Notes under the pieces: model-generated
Told to the model about the DNA's origin: nothing
Seen by the model: only the letters and a program-made list of their open reading frames with translations
Database searches by the model: none
Part shown: positions 1-9,981 of the stretch, one piece after another
How the letters are laid out: each line of letters begins with the position of its first letter
Numbering within the stretch: position 1 is the stretch's first letter
Program-made: the position numbers and the translations under genes
Assembly (NCBI GenBank): GCA_046050465.1
Contig: JBJOPS010000036.1
Location: 48,180 to 112,179, forward strand
DNA from: Pseudomonadota bacterium
GTDB lineage: Bacteria; Pseudomonadota; Gammaproteobacteria; Burkholderiales; Burkholderiaceae_C
Reading direction: 5' to 3'
DNA length: 64,000 nt

Positions 1-1032
1 TTCAAGAGCTTCGTCAATGGCATCGTCCAGTTCTTGTGGGTTGGTTGGCAAAGAAATAAATTTCTCGGGGCCCCGATAAACTTGGCGACGCTCGAAATCC
101 ATGATGCCCCGGCGCAAAGCCTTATAGGCGATGTCCTGATCAGAAGAGTCTAGCGTCGTGTAAACATTCAGGCCGCGCACATAAGTCTCTTCCCCATACT
201 GGGCGTAAATAAGCTGCCTGACCATCTCCGCTACGTATTCAGCATGAACCCGGGTGTTTTCAGGGCCTGTCTTGACCTTGAGTTCCTGATTTTTTGCCAG
301 TTCAGCCTGTGCCGTAGTGATAAAGCCGTTTTCCGCCATCCTGCCAATGATGTGTATCTGGCGGGTACGTGCGCGTTTGGGGTTGCTGATCGGGTTGTAG
401 GCGGACGGCGCCTTTGGCAGGCCAGCCAGCATGGCTGCCTCGGCTATGGTAATGTCCTTCAGCGGTTTGCCAAAGTAGGCATCTGACGCTGCGGCAAACC
501 CGTAAGCCCGATTACCCAGAAATATCTGATTCATGTAAATCTCAAGAATCTGGTCTTTCGTTAGCGTGTGCTCAAGCTTGAACGTCAGCAAGATCTCGTA
601 GATCTTTCTCGTGAAAGTTTTTTCGGATGACAGATAGACATTGCGGGCAACCTGCATCGTGATGGTGGAGGCGCCTTGACTCTTGGCATTCCTGAGGTTC
701 GCCAGGCCTGCGCGCATGACGCCTCTGTAATCGACTCCACCATGCTCATAAAAACGTGCATCCTCAATAGCGAGTACTGCATCGATCATGACTTTTGGGA
801 TATCCGTGAGAGGCGTCAGGCTGCGTCGTTCTTCGCCAAACTCTCCAATGAGCAGACCATCCGCAGAAAATACTCTGAGAGGTAATTTAGGTCGGTACTC
901 GGATAAATCGGAGATGTCCGGAAGGTTGGGAAGGGCTACTGAAAGCGCCAGAGCGATCACTATCAAGGCTGAAGCAATGCCTGCTGCTGCCAAACCTATT
1001 GTCCAGAGACTCAGGCGCAAGAGCCAGTGCAT
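1..1032 (-). CDS. mrcA: penicillin-binding protein 1A (transglycosylase/transpeptidase), N-terminal part; 3' end runs off the left edge
   Basis: Absent from the ORF track because there is no stop in the window. Reverse complement from the ATG at 1030-1032 reads MHWLLRLSLWTIGLAAAGIASALIVIALALSVALPNLPDISDLSEYRPKLPLRVFSADG...AIEDARFYEHGGVDYRGV...GASTITMQVARN. This is a signal anchor plus GT51 glycosyltransferase motifs. Divergent from pilM, as is typical. Confidence 0.9.
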   Translation of the reverse strand, partial: MHWLLRLSLWTIGLAAAGIASALIVIALALSVALPNLPDISDLSEYRPKLPLRVFSADGLLIGEFGEERRSLTPLTDIPKVMIDAVLAIEDARFYEHGGVDYRGVMRAGLANLRNAKSQGASTITMQVARNVYLSSEKTFTRKIYEILLTFKLEHTLTKDQILEIYMNQIFLGNRAYGFAAASDAYFGKPLKDITIAEAAMLAGLPKAPSAYNPISNPKRARTRQIHIIGRMAENGFITTAQAELAKNQELKVKTGPENTRVHAEYVAEMVRQLIYAQYGEETYVRGLNVYTTLDSSDQDIAYKALRRGIMDFERRQVYRGPEKFISLPTNPQELDDAIDEALE

Positions 1033-1322
1033 GGATTTCAGGCTTGGGTCTCTCTGATCGGATTTGAGGGGCATAAAAACCTATGTAAGATCGCGTCACC
1101 ATTATAGAAATGAGGATTGCCCCCAGTGAATATGATGATCCCACGCGTTAGCCGACGAGTCATTCGTAACGGATAAACGCTAACCGGATCACTTCCTCAA
1201 ATCCAAAACGTCTGCTTTTGGCAACGTTTCTAACCTGTTAACCAGGCAAATGTCTTTGCGGAACAACGGGCTTACTGATAGCATTCATGTGAAGTCTTAA
1301 GTTTCGCCGATTCTCAATCGGC

Positions 1323-2417
1323 TTGTTTCAGGGGATAGTCTTGATCTCTTTGGGGTCTTTGTTTAGTCGCCAGCCGGCGCCCATGTTGGGTTTGGACATT
1401 AGTTCGTCCAGCGTCAAACTGGTTGAATTAAGTCAAAGCAAATCAGGCGCTTTGGTGCTTGAGCGTTGCGCGATGGAGCCCTTGGAGCGGGGTTGGGTGA
1501 CTGACGGCAATATAGAGAAGTTTGATGAGGTGGCAGAAGCCGTTCGGCGACTGGTGAAAAAAAGTGGTGCCAAAGCCAAAAATGTTGCAATGGCATTGCC
1601 ACCTTCGGCGGTAATTACCAAAAAAATCATTCTCCCTGGGGGGCTTACCGATCAGGAGTTGGAGGCTCAGGTTGAGACTGAAGCCAATCAGTACATCCCC
1701 TTTCCTCTGGATGAGGTGAGTCTGGATTTTTGTGTGATTGGCCCCAGTGCATCTTCAAGTGGGGATCTGGATGTGCTGATTGCAGCTTCGCGGCGAGAAA
1801 AGGTTCAGGATATTCAGGGCCTGGCTGAGGCGGCTGGTCTGAAGCCGGTAATTGTGGACGTTGAGTCTTATGCGTCACGCCTTGCTACCAGCAGATTGAT
1901 TGAAAATCTGCCCAATCAGGGTGTTGGATCCATTGTTGCGCTTTTTGAGGTTGGGGCGATGACCACCAGCATGCAGGTTATCCGCGATGATGAGGTTCTC
2001 TATGATCGGGATCAGGCCTTCGGGGGGGCTCAATTGACTCAATTGATTGTGCGCCAGTATGGATTTTCTCTGGAAGAGGCTGAAAGCAAGAAGCGTGGCG
2101 GTGAGTTGCCGGATGACTATGAGTCCAACGTGCTTCGCCCCTTTGTGGATAGCATGGTGCAAGAAATTGGACGAGCGCTGCAGTTCTTTTTTACCAGCAC
2201 ACCGCATAACAAGGTTGACTACATCATGCTGGCTGGTGGCTCTGCCGCCTTGCCTGGGCTTACTGCAGCGGTGACTCATCAGACTACTTTTTCATGTACT
2301 CTGGTTGATCCGTTCGAAGGCATGGAAATGGGCGATGGTGTGCGCCTCAAGAAGATGACGAGGGAAGCGCCCTCCTATCTGACATCTTGTGGCTTGGCGT
2401 TGCGGAGGTTTGTCTAA
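1323..2417 (+). CDS. pilM: type IV pilus assembly ATPase-like protein PilM
   Basis: 364-aa ORF with the LGLDISSSSVKLVEL actin-like N-terminus, first gene of pilMNOPQ. The true start may be TTG at 1341 (AGGGGA 5 nt upstream) or ATG at 1383. Confidence 0.9.
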   Translation: MFQGIVLISLGSLFSRQPAPMLGLDISSSSVKLVELSQSKSGALVLERCAMEPLERGWVTDGNIEKFDEVAEAVRRLVKKSGAKAKNVAMALPPSAVITKKIILPGGLTDQELEAQVETEANQYIPFPLDEVSLDFCVIGPSASSSGDLDVLIAASRREKVQDIQGLAEAAGLKPVIVDVESYASRLATSRLIENLPNQGVGSIVALFEVGAMTTSMQVIRDDEVLYDRDQAFGGAQLTQLIVRQYGFSLEEAESKKRGGELPDDYESNVLRPFVDSMVQEIGRALQFFFTSTPHNKVDYIMLAGGSAALPGLTAAVTHQTTFSCTLVDPFEGMEMGDGVRLKKMTREAPSYLTSCGLALRRFV

Positions 2418-3062
2418 GTGGTATTGATTAACCTGCTCCCGCATCGCGAGGCGGCGCGTAAGCGTCGGCGGGATGTATTTAATATTTCTCTCGGAGCCTC
2501 CGCGTTGGTTGGTGGTCTTGTTGCTGGAGGTGTTTTCCTGTGGTATCAGGCCCAGATTTCGTTGCAGCAGGGGAAAAACCAGTTGCTTACCACCGAGATT
2601 CAGAAGCTTGAAGTCCAGATCAAGGACATTGCTTCCTTGGAGGCCGAGATCGCGGGTTTGCGTGCTCGTCAGCAGGCCGTGGAGGATTTGCAGGCTGACC
2701 GAAATATCCCTGTCCACTTGCTGACCGAGATGGTCAAGCAAATGCCTGATGGCGTGTACATATCCAGCATGAAGCAGGAAAATCAGCTGGTAACGCTGGC
2801 TGGTGTAGCGCAATCGAACGAGCGGGTCTCTGAATTATTGCGTAATCTGGCAAACAACACGCCGTGGTTTACCAAGCCGGAGCTGATTGAAATTGTTGCA
2901 GGCAATGTGGCATTAAGTTCACGTGAGCAAAAGCGCGTGGCGAATTTTACAATCAGGGTCAAGTTGATGCGTGCCAGCGAGGCTGAGAAGGCTGCGCAGG
3001 CAGCTGCAGGCGTGAGTGCGGTGGTGCCAGTGGCTGTTGCCTCCGCGCCCGCCAAAAAATAG
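2418..3062 (+). CDS. pilN: type IV pilus inner-membrane component PilN
   Basis: 214 aa with the INLLPHRE N-terminus, one TM segment and a coiled coil. Abuts the pilM stop. Confidence 0.85.
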   Translation: MVLINLLPHREAARKRRRDVFNISLGASALVGGLVAGGVFLWYQAQISLQQGKNQLLTTEIQKLEVQIKDIASLEAEIAGLRARQQAVEDLQADRNIPVHLLTEMVKQMPDGVYISSMKQENQLVTLAGVAQSNERVSELLRNLANNTPWFTKPELIEIVAGNVALSSREQKRVANFTIRVKLMRASEAEKAAQAAAGVSAVVPVAVASAPAKK

Positions 3063-3073
3063 CAGGCGCATGT

Positions 3074-3748
3074 ATGGCAAATAATCCTTCAGTCCTCTCC
3101 GAATTTCCTGCTTTTCAGGAAAGACTGGTTAGCCAATTTCGTGGACTTGATACCAAAGATCCTGCCGGTTGGCCGATGCTGCCTCGGTATCTGCTATTTG
3201 TTGTTGTTGCGGCAGCCATTGTCATTGCATTGTGGTTTTTATGGATTAACTCGTCTGAGGTTGCTCTCGAAACAGAGCGCGCGACGGAAATCAAGCTGAG
3301 AGAAGATTACAAGGTCAAGCTGGCGAAGGCTGTCAACCTTGACGCGCTCAAGAAGCAGCGCGAGCAGGTGTTGCAGTATGTGACCCAGCTTGAAAAGCAA
3401 CTGCCCAGCAAAGCAGAAATGGACGCACTATTGTCTGACATCAATCAAGCTGGGCTTGGGCGTAGCCTGCAGTTTGATTTGTTTAGACCGGGTCAGGTTG
3501 CTGTGAAGGAATACTATGCGGAACTGCCTATAACTTTGAGGGTGGTTGGCAGCTATCATGACATCGGATCTTTTGCTTCTGACATCGCAAATTTGTCTCG
3601 AATTGTGACGTTGAATAACCTCACGATAACGCCACGGTCAGATGGTATTTTGATAATGGATTCGACGGCCAAAACTTTTCGTTATCTTGACTCTGGCGAA
3701 GTTGATGCGCAGCGTAAGGCGAATCAGCCTGCGGGAGCCAAAAAATGA
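3074..3748 (+). CDS. pilO: type IV pilus inner-membrane component PilO
   Basis: 224 aa with an N-terminal TM, a coiled coil, and a ferredoxin-like C-terminal region (YAELPITLRVVGSYHDIGSFASDIANLSRIVTL). Position in the operon fits. Confidence 0.85.
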   Translation: MANNPSVLSEFPAFQERLVSQFRGLDTKDPAGWPMLPRYLLFVVVAAAIVIALWFLWINSSEVALETERATEIKLREDYKVKLAKAVNLDALKKQREQVLQYVTQLEKQLPSKAEMDALLSDINQAGLGRSLQFDLFRPGQVAVKEYYAELPITLRVVGSYHDIGSFASDIANLSRIVTLNNLTITPRSDGILIMDSTAKTFRYLDSGEVDAQRKANQPAGAKK

Positions 3749-4287
3749 CCTTTTTTCATATTGGCCCTCTTTTAATGGCAGGCTTCTTGTTGTCCGGGTG
3801 CTTGGGCTCTGACGATGAGGACCTGGCGCAATGGATGACGGAGCAGAAAGCGCAAACCAAGCCGAAGGTGGCGCCTATATCTGAGCCCAAACAATTCAAA
3901 CCGGAAAGCTATACACAGGCAAGTGCAGTTGAACCCTTCAGTAAGGAAAAGTTGGCTCAGGCTTTGAAGCGTGATTCTTCGCAAGAGGCATCCAATGGAG
4001 CATTGGTGGCCCCCGAGTTGGTGCGTCGTAAAGAGCCACTCGAAGCATTTCCGCTTGATTCAATGGCTCTTGTCGGCAGTCTTGTTCAGACAGGTAAGCC
4101 AGTTGCCCTGGTCAGGGTGGATAACTTGCTCTATCAGGTTCGACCAGGTAACTATCTTGGGCAGAACTATGGTCGTGTTACCAAAATCAATGAGACGGAG
4201 GTTACCTTGCGGGAAATTGTGCAAGACGCCGTAGGTGAGTGGATTGAACGCACGGCTACGTTGCAGCTGCAGGAAAGGTCGAAATGA
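3745..4287 (+). CDS. pilP: type IV pilus lipoprotein PilP
   Basis: 180 aa with lipobox LLSGC. Overlaps the pilO stop and the pilQ start by 4 nt. Confidence 0.8.
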   Translation: MTFFHIGPLLMAGFLLSGCLGSDDEDLAQWMTEQKAQTKPKVAPISEPKQFKPESYTQASAVEPFSKEKLAQALKRDSSQEASNGALVAPELVRRKEPLEAFPLDSMALVGSLVQTGKPVALVRVDNLLYQVRPGNYLGQNYGRVTKINETEVTLREIVQDAVGEWIERTATLQLQERSK

Positions 4288-6362
4288 ACAACCAAAATGG
4301 TATTAAGGGAGTGCGCATGATGCAACAACTGGTAGTCGCTATGGCGATGGTTTTAGCCTCAATTGCCGCTCATGCTCAGATGACTATTGATGCGGTTGCT
4401 GGTTCGACTTCTGGCGGAGCTGAAGTGGTGCGGATAGAGTTGTCTCAACCATTGGCTGCAGCCCCTGCGGGGTTTTCAATTCAGTCGCCTGCACGGATCG
4501 CACTGGACTTTCCCGGAATATCCAACGGGATGGGGCGATCCACGATCGATATTAATCAGGGTAACCTTAAGTCAGTGAGTGTGGTCCAGGCAGGGGATCG
4601 GACGCGCGTTGTCCTGAATTTGAAGCAGGCAACAACCTATAAGACACTAATCCAAGGCAAGTCGCTGCTGGTAACGCTAGATCCCTCCGCGAGTTCGGTC
4701 CCTGTCGCCACCGCTTCCCCATCTGTATTTGCGGAAAACAAAAATCGGGATACGCTGCCGCTCAAAGATGTGGATTTCCGCCGTGGAGCTGAAGGTTCAG
4801 GGCGCGTTGTTGTGGCTCTCTCAAACAATCAAGTCGGGGTGGATATCAGGCAACAGGGCCAGGCCTTGGTGGTTGAGTTTATGAAATCCACGCTTCCGGA
4901 GGGCCTGCGTCGGCGCCTGGATGTCTCCGACTTTGGTACTCCTGTGCAATCTGTCACGACTTCCCAGTCCGGTGATCGGGTTCGCATGGTGATAGAGCCC
5001 AAGGGGCTATGGGTTCACAGTGCTTATCAGAGCGATGATCAGTTTGTGGTCGAAGTTAAACCTCAAAAAGTGGATCCTTCCAAGCTGACTCAGGGTATTG
5101 GGTACAACGGCCAGAAATTGTCGTTGAATTTTCAAAATATTGAAGTTCGGTCATTGCTGCAGGTTATTGCTGACTTCACCAACTTCAATATCATTACGTC
5201 AGATTCAGTGAATGGTGCGGTCACACTGCGCCTGCAAGATGTGCCATGGGATCAGTCGCTTGACATTATTTTGCAAGCCAAAGGTCTCGGGATGCGAAAG
5301 ACCGGTAATGTGATCTGGATCGCGCCGAAAGACGAAATAAACGCCAAGGAAAAGCTGGAACTGGAATCCGTTGCCGCGCTGCAAAGTCTGGAGCCCCTGC
5401 GTACGGAATCGTTCCAGTTAAACTACACAAAGGCAGCTGAAGTTGCTGCAGGGTTGACGGCTACAGGTGGTGGCACCGGGGCGAACACAAGTCGAATCCT
5501 AAGCCCGCGTGGCAGTGTAATTTTTGAGACCCGCACCAATCAACTGTTTGTTACCGATATTGTTTCAAAGCTGGAGCAGGTCCAGCAGTTGATTTCGAAG
5601 ATTGATATTCCAGTGCGGCAGGTGTTGATTGAGGCGCGCATTGTGGAGGCTTCAGATACATTTGGCAAGTCCTTGGGGGTTCGGCTGGGTGGCGGTGCTC
5701 CCGCAGGCAGCAATGCAAGTTTTGGCTCCAGCTATGCGACAGGAGCTGCTGGAACAACATCAGGTAACTTCGTCAATTTACCAGCGGTTGGTCAGGGTGG
5801 TTATAGCCCGGCAGGTTTTGCTATTTCTCTGTTCAATGCTTCAAAGAGTAACTTTCTAAATCTGGAAATTCAGGCGCTTGAGGCTGATGGCAAGGGGCGT
5901 GTAGTTTCCAGCCCTCGGGTGGTCACGGCTGATCAGATCAAGGCGCTGATTGAACAAGGTACGGAATTGCCATATCAGGTGGCCACATCCAGTGGCGCGA
6001 CCTCTATCGCGTTTCGCAAAGCCAATCTGAAACTGGAAGTGACGCCTCAGATCACTCCGGAAGGAAACATCATCCTGACGCTGGATGTTAATAAGGACAC
6101 CGTTGGGCAATCAACCTCGGCCGGGTTTGCGATCAATACCAAGCATATTCAAACCCAGGTGCTGGTTGAAAACGGTGGCACGGTTGTCATTGGTGGTATC
6201 TTTGAACTGACTGAAACCGAGAATGAAACCAAGGTTCCATTTCTGGGTGATTTGCCAGGGGTAGGAAATCTATTCAAGGCAAAGGGTCGTATCTCCAATA
6301 AACAGGAAATGCTGGTTTTCATTACCCCCAAGATGATCGCTGACAAAGCGGTTGTGCGGTGA
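4284..6362 (+). CDS. pilQ: type IV pilus secretin PilQ
   Basis: 692 aa with a signal peptide, AMIN-like N-terminal repeats and a secretin C-domain (VPFLGDLPGVGNLFK...EMLVFITPKMI). Confidence 0.95.
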   Translation: MNNQNGIKGVRMMQQLVVAMAMVLASIAAHAQMTIDAVAGSTSGGAEVVRIELSQPLAAAPAGFSIQSPARIALDFPGISNGMGRSTIDINQGNLKSVSVVQAGDRTRVVLNLKQATTYKTLIQGKSLLVTLDPSASSVPVATASPSVFAENKNRDTLPLKDVDFRRGAEGSGRVVVALSNNQVGVDIRQQGQALVVEFMKSTLPEGLRRRLDVSDFGTPVQSVTTSQSGDRVRMVIEPKGLWVHSAYQSDDQFVVEVKPQKVDPSKLTQGIGYNGQKLSLNFQNIEVRSLLQVIADFTNFNIITSDSVNGAVTLRLQDVPWDQSLDIILQAKGLGMRKTGNVIWIAPKDEINAKEKLELESVAALQSLEPLRTESFQLNYTKAAEVAAGLTATGGGTGANTSRILSPRGSVIFETRTNQLFVTDIVSKLEQVQQLISKIDIPVRQVLIEARIVEASDTFGKSLGVRLGGGAPAGSNASFGSSYATGAAGTTSGNFVNLPAVGQGGYSPAGFAISLFNASKSNFLNLEIQALEADGKGRVVSSPRVVTADQIKALIEQGTELPYQVATSSGATSIAFRKANLKLEVTPQITPEGNIILTLDVNKDTVGQSTSAGFAINTKHIQTQVLVENGGTVVIGGIFELTETENETKVPFLGDLPGVGNLFKAKGRISNKQEMLVFITPKMIADKAVVR

Positions 6363-6406
6363 ACTGAAAACAAGTGTGATATGCCTGCCTGTGTGCTTCG
6401 TGTAAA

Positions 6407-6937
6407 TTGATATTTAGCCTGATTGGCCTGCCTGGATCGGGCAAGTCCACGGTGGGGAGGCAACTTGCCCGACGACTTCAAATCCCCTGTGTTGATTCCG
6501 ATCATGAAATTGAAATCCGTTTGGGTTGTTCCATTCGCGAGTATTTTGAACGCGAAGGAGAAGACAGCTTCCGTGATGTTGAAGCGTCGGTTATTGATGA
6601 ACTGACGTTAAATCAAGTGGCGGTGCTCTCAACGGGGGGAGGCTCGGTGTTGCGCCATGTAAACCGCAAGCATCTTCGTGAACGTGGGAAAGTCGTATAT
6701 CTAAAATCGTCACCGGATGAGTTGTTCAGGCGCTTGAGGCATGATGTGAATCGGCCTCTTTTGCAAGTGTCGGATCCCCTTGCTCGATTACGTGATCTCT
6801 ATGCCATGCGCGATCCCCTGTACCGCGAAACGGCGCACTACGTATTGGAAACAGGCCGCCCTTCTGTAACGAGCTTGGTGAATATGATTGTGATGCAACT
6901 CGAACTCGCCAACGTTTTACCTCATCAAAAGCCGTAG
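6407..6937 (+). CDS. aroK: shikimate kinase
   Basis: 176 aa with Walker [16 protein letters not shown]. The pilQ-aroK-aroB order is conserved. TTG start. Confidence 0.9.
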   Translation: MIFSLIGLPGSGKSTVGRQLARRLQIPCVDSDHEIEIRLGCSIREYFEREGEDSFRDVEASVIDELTLNQVAVLSTGGGSVLRHVNRKHLRERGKVVYLKSSPDELFRRLRHDVNRPLLQVSDPLARLRDLYAMRDPLYRETAHYVLETGRPSVTSLVNMIVMQLELANVLPHQKP

Positions 6938-6985
6938 TAACGCGCGCCTGGTGTGAAGCCAACAGGCTCTAAACTCTCCGTAGTT

Positions 6986-8158
6986 ATGAATGCATGTTCC
7001 ATTGAAACAGTTGCCATTAATCTTGCTGATCGTGGCTATCCCATTTTGATTGGCCCGGGACTTCTGAGTGATCCACAGACCTTTTCGTCTGTGTCAGGAT
7101 CGGCCACAGCCCTGATTGTGAGCAATACTTCAGTGGCGCCACTGTATGCCCAGCAACTGAAATTAGCCATCGCTGCCCGGTTCAAACAGGTGCACGTTGT
7201 GTCGTTGCCGGATGGTGAAAAATACAAAAACTGGCAAACCCTGCACCTGATTTTTGATGCCCTGCTGGAGAACAAGAGTGACCGCAAAACGGTACTTTTC
7301 GCCCTGGGTGGTGGCGTGGTGGGGGACATGACCGGCTTCGCAGCCGCCAGCTACATGCGTGGCGTGCCATTTGTGCAAGTGCCCACTACCTTGCTGGCTC
7401 AGGTAGATTCATCGGTTGGCGGCAAGACGGCGATCAACCACCCACTGGGCAAGAACATGATCGGTGCTTTTTATCAGCCCGTGAGAGTCATCTGCGATCT
7501 GGACACACTGAAGACGTTGCCAGTGCGTGAATTAAGTGCCGGGCTGGCCGAAGTCATTAAATACGGGCCGATTGCCGATATGGCATTTCTGGACTGGATT
7601 GAAACCAATATGGATGCCCTGTTGGCCCGCGAACCATCGGCGCTGGCCCATGCCGTCAAACGCAGTTGCGAAATCAAGGCCTGGGTGGTGGGACAGGACG
7701 AACGTGAGTCTGGTCTGCGTGCCGTTTTGAACTTCGGTCACACCTTCGGGCACGCCATTGAGGCGGGCATGGGTTATGGCCAATGGCTGCATGGCGAGGC
7801 TGTGGGCTGCGGCATGGTAATGGCTGCGCATCTTTCGCACCGTTTGGGTCTGATCGATAGTGCGCTGGTTAATCGGTTGACGACGCTGATTCAGCGCGCG
7901 GGTTTGCCCGTTGTCGGCCCCGATCTCACCGCGCAAAGTACACAAAGCAAAGGCATGGGCAAACCATCCGCCTTGGGTAGTGCATCAGACAATGCAGACC
8001 GCTATCTGGACTTGATGCGTGTTGATAAAAAGGCTGAAGCAGGTGAAATCAGATTTGTCGTGCTTGATGGCCCCGGGCGTGCTGCCGTGCGTGGCGCGCC
8101 CGACGCGCTGGTGCGTGAAGTCATTGACGCATGTTGTATGTTGATCGCTATCAAATAG
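6986..8158 (+). CDS. aroB: 3-dehydroquinate synthase
   Basis: Motifs [46 protein letters not shown] and HTFGHAIE. The ORF track starts at 6953; ATG 6986 ([23 protein letters not shown]) fits the family N-terminus. The stop codon lies inside repeat copy 1. Confidence 0.9.
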   Translation: MNACSIETVAINLADRGYPILIGPGLLSDPQTFSSVSGSATALIVSNTSVAPLYAQQLKLAIAARFKQVHVVSLPDGEKYKNWQTLHLIFDALLENKSDRKTVLFALGGGVVGDMTGFAAASYMRGVPFVQVPTTLLAQVDSSVGGKTAINHPLGKNMIGAFYQPVRVICDLDTLKTLPVRELSAGLAEVIKYGPIADMAFLDWIETNMDALLAREPSALAHAVKRSCEIKAWVVGQDERESGLRAVLNFGHTFGHAIEAGMGYGQWLHGEAVGCGMVMAAHLSHRLGLIDSALVNRLTTLIQRAGLPVVGPDLTAQSTQSKGMGKPSALGSASDNADRYLDLMRVDKKAEAGEIRFVVLDGPGRAAVRGAPDALVREVIDACCMLIAIK

Positions 8159-8201
8159 ATAGCTACTTGTGTATATTTTACGAGGGCTAAGGCCATATTT
8201 T
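8147..8201 (+). repeat. 55-nt interspersed repeat, copy 1
   Basis: GCTATcaaatagaTAGCTacttgtgtATATTttacgagGGCTAaGGCCatatttt, at the aroB 3' end and aroB-dgt spacer. Confidence 0.85.
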
Positions 8202-8209
8202 CTTATGAA

Positions 8210-9409
8210 ATGATGCTTCTGGCGCCTTACGCCTGTGACCCTGGCCAGACACGTGGCCGCCGCCATGCCGAACAGGCGGCCCCGAGCCGTACCGAGTATC
8301 AGCGGGACCGGGACCGCATCGTCCACTCCACGGCTTTTCGTCGCCTTGTCTACAAGACCCAGGTGTTCCTCAATCACGAGGGCGACCTGTTTCGCACGCG
8401 GCTGACGCATTCGCTGGAGGTTGCGCAACTGGGCCGCTCCATTGCACGGTCGCTGCGGCTGAATGAAGATCTGGTCGAGGCCATTTCGCTGGCGCACGAT
8501 CTGGGGCACACGCCCTTTGGTCATGCCGGGCAGGATGCCCTGAACGAATGCATGGCGGCACACGGCGGGTTTGAACACAACCTGCAAAGCCTGCGGGTGG
8601 TCGATCACCTGGAGGAGCGGTATCCGTCTTTCGATGGCCTGAACCTTACTTTCGAGACCCGGGAGGGCATTCTCAAACACTGCTCGCGCGCCAACGCCGA
8701 GCAGCTTGAGGCGGCGCAAGGGTTCGAAAGAAATTCCCGGGGCGGCATTGCCAGACGCTTCCTGGACCGCACACAGCCCGGTCTGGAGGCGCAACTTTGC
8801 AATCTGGCAGACGAGATTGCCTACAACGCCCACGATATCGACGATGGTGTGCGCTCGGGCCTGCTCACACTGGAGCAGTTGCAGGAAGTGCCTCTGGTCG
8901 AAGATTTTCGTGTGCAGACGCTGGCTGATCACCCGCACCTGAAAGACGCCGGGCAGGGACGCAGATTGCTGTATGAAACCATCCGGCGCATGCTCAGCGC
9001 CCAGGTGTATGACGTGATCGCGGCTACCCGGCGCGCACTGGATGCGCAAGCCCCTGCATCGGCAGATGCTGCACGGCAATTGCAGCCGCTGGTCCAGTTT
9101 GGCGACGATATGCGTCACCGGTCGCAGGTGCTCAAAAAGTTTCTTTTCCGCAATCTGTACCGGCACCCGCAGGTAGCGCACATGACCGGGCAAGCCCGGC
9201 AAGTGGTGCTTGAGCTGTTTGCTGCCTACTCCAGCGCGCCACAGGAAATGCAGACGGGTTTCGCAGCCCGCTCTGATGCCGCAAGCGGCGCTGCTGACGA
9301 AGCCCACACAGTCGCCCGCGTGGTGGCCGACTACATTGCGGGCATGACAGACCGCTTTGCGGCTCGTGAGCACGAACGCCTGACCGGGCGCAAACTCCTT
9401 GCCCCATGA
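8210..9409 (+). CDS. dgt: dGTP triphosphohydrolase-like HD-domain protein
   Basis: 399 aa with YQRDRDRIVHSTAFRRL, HSLEVAQLGR and HDLGHTPFGH motifs. Confidence 0.85.
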   Translation: MMLLAPYACDPGQTRGRRHAEQAAPSRTEYQRDRDRIVHSTAFRRLVYKTQVFLNHEGDLFRTRLTHSLEVAQLGRSIARSLRLNEDLVEAISLAHDLGHTPFGHAGQDALNECMAAHGGFEHNLQSLRVVDHLEERYPSFDGLNLTFETREGILKHCSRANAEQLEAAQGFERNSRGGIARRFLDRTQPGLEAQLCNLADEIAYNAHDIDDGVRSGLLTLEQLQEVPLVEDFRVQTLADHPHLKDAGQGRRLLYETIRRMLSAQVYDVIAATRRALDAQAPASADAARQLQPLVQFGDDMRHRSQVLKKFLFRNLYRHPQVAHMTGQARQVVLELFAAYSSAPQEMQTGFAARSDAASGAADEAHTVARVVADYIAGMTDRFAAREHERLTGRKLLAP

Positions 9410-9981
9410 CCGCACTGCCTGCCACCGCGATTGCGGATACTCGTCACTGGCTGGAACGCGCCGTCATTGGCCTGAATCTGTGTCCGTTTGCCAAAAGTGT
9501 GCACGTTAAAGGGCAGATTCACTATGCGGTCAGTGCGGCGACCAGCCCCCAAGAGCTGCTGGATGACTTAAAAAATGAGCTAAAAAGCCTTGTAGCCCTT
9601 GACAGTATTGCACGGGATACTACGCTTTTGATAGCGCCTGACTGTCTGGAAGATTTTCTCGATTTCAACGACTTGCTGTCCAAAGCAGATAAGGTGCTGA
9701 AGGCCCTGAAGCTGAACGGCACCATCCAGATCGCCAGTTTTCACCCGCAGTTTCAGTTCGCAGGCACAGCGGTGGACGACATCACCAACTGCACCAACCG
9801 CGCGCCGTATCCCACGCTACACCTGTTGCGTGAAGCCAGCATCGACCGCGCGGTGGAGGCCTTTTCGCAAGCCGAAACCATTTTTGAAGCCAACATGCAA
9901 ACGCTGGAGCAACTGGGCCATGCGGGCTGGGATGCGCTGGAGGTGGGGCCGTCCACCACGCGTGGCAAGATCAAGCCATGA
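9406..9981 (+). CDS. DUF1415 family protein
   Basis: 191 aa with LCPFA...ASFHPQFQFAG...NCTNRAPYPTLHLLRE, characteristic of DUF1415. 4-nt overlap with dgt. Confidence 0.75.
   Translation: MTALPATAIADTRHWLERAVIGLNLCPFAKSVHVKGQIHYAVSAATSPQELLDDLKNELKSLVALDSIARDTTLLIAPDCLEDFLDFNDLLSKADKVLKALKLNGTIQIASFHPQFQFAGTAVDDITNCTNRAPYPTLHLLREASIDRAVEAFSQAETIFEANMQTLEQLGHAGWDALEVGPSTTRGKIKP

Noticed and set aside
7985-9415. Long antisense ORFs opposite real genes. Examples: 7985-9415, 9753-10724, 11569-12996, 14510-15526, 19985-20986, 25586-26557, 27874-29214, 33969-35018, 35448-36770, 42908-45094, 46889-48061, 48209-49897, 51360-52481 and 58928-59965.
   Set aside because: These are typical shadow ORFs of high-GC DNA. 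Their translations are Arg/Ala/Gly/His-rich with no recognisable motifs. Each lies opposite a gene with unmistakable family signatures.
9577-9616. GAGCTAaaaagccttgTAGCCcttgacagtATTgcacggg inside the DUF1415 gene loosely resembles the repeat head and core.
   Set aside because: The loop length differs (10 nt), there is no tail block, and the region encodes a segment that looks like an ordinary part of the protein. The similarity is too weak to call.
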